Assembly: GCA_963718895.1 (NCBI GenBank)
Contig: CAVRAG010000008.1
Span: 1,548,040-1,612,039 of the forward strand
Direction: 5' to 3'
DNA: 64,000 nt
Origin: an uncultured Nitrososphaerota archaeon
GTDB lineage: Archaea > Thermoproteota > Nitrososphaeria > Nitrososphaerales > Gagatemarchaeaceae
Shown piece after piece: positions 63,846 through 64,000 of the stretch. The notes beneath the pieces were generated by a model. It did not search any database, was not told where the DNA came from, and worked only from the letters and a program-made list of their open reading frames with translations. Each line of letters starts with the position of its first letter. Positions within the stretch are counted from its first letter, which is position 1. Both the position numbers and the translations under genes were made by a program.

Positions 63846-64000
63846 CTACCCAACAACAAGGTCTACTCCGGTCACGCCGATTCCCTCATCGATGGTCTGG
63901 CTGGTTGCGAAGTAGTAGTCTGTGGTGCCGTCTGCGTACTGCCAGAAGACCTTGACTTGATAGTCCATCATGTTTGGAAGCCTTGTGGAGAAGGTAGCGT
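63846..64000 (-). CDS. 3' end of a gene continuing beyond the window
   Basis: Open frame ...MMDYQVKVFWQYADGTTDYYF...GVDLVVG*. Confidence 0.45.
   Translation of the reverse strand, partial: ATFSTRLPNMMDYQVKVFWQYADGTTDYYFATSQTIDEGIGVTGVDLVVG

Overview
Archaeal chromosome segment, most likely a Nitrososphaerota/Thaumarchaeota-type archaeon (inferred from archaeal 16S/23S with no tRNA-Ala in the spacer and no linked 5S, Alba, PolD DP1, aRF1, PriL-PriX and thyX). Positions ~25.9-64 kb are mostly housekeeping genes plus seven tRNA genes, five of them interrupted by 12 introns in total. The rRNA operon (16S 24164-25663, 23S ~19970-23955, minus strand) has clear bulge-helix-bulge (BHB) processing stems, and the 23S carries two ORF-less group I introns (sites L1923 and L2500). 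The most striking observation lies directly downstream of the 23S gene: a ~9 kb integron-like array of unrelated, mostly single-gene cassettes, separated by 5-7 partial copies of the 23S 3' end/BHB processing arm, with no integrase in view. Further left are a surface protein with a 645-bp tandem repeat and a GTPase + GAP1-N-like conflict-type operon. Several conserved genes contain single-base frameshifts, which suggests residual indel errors in the assembly. All calls come from reading the sequence and recognising motifs; no database searches were run.
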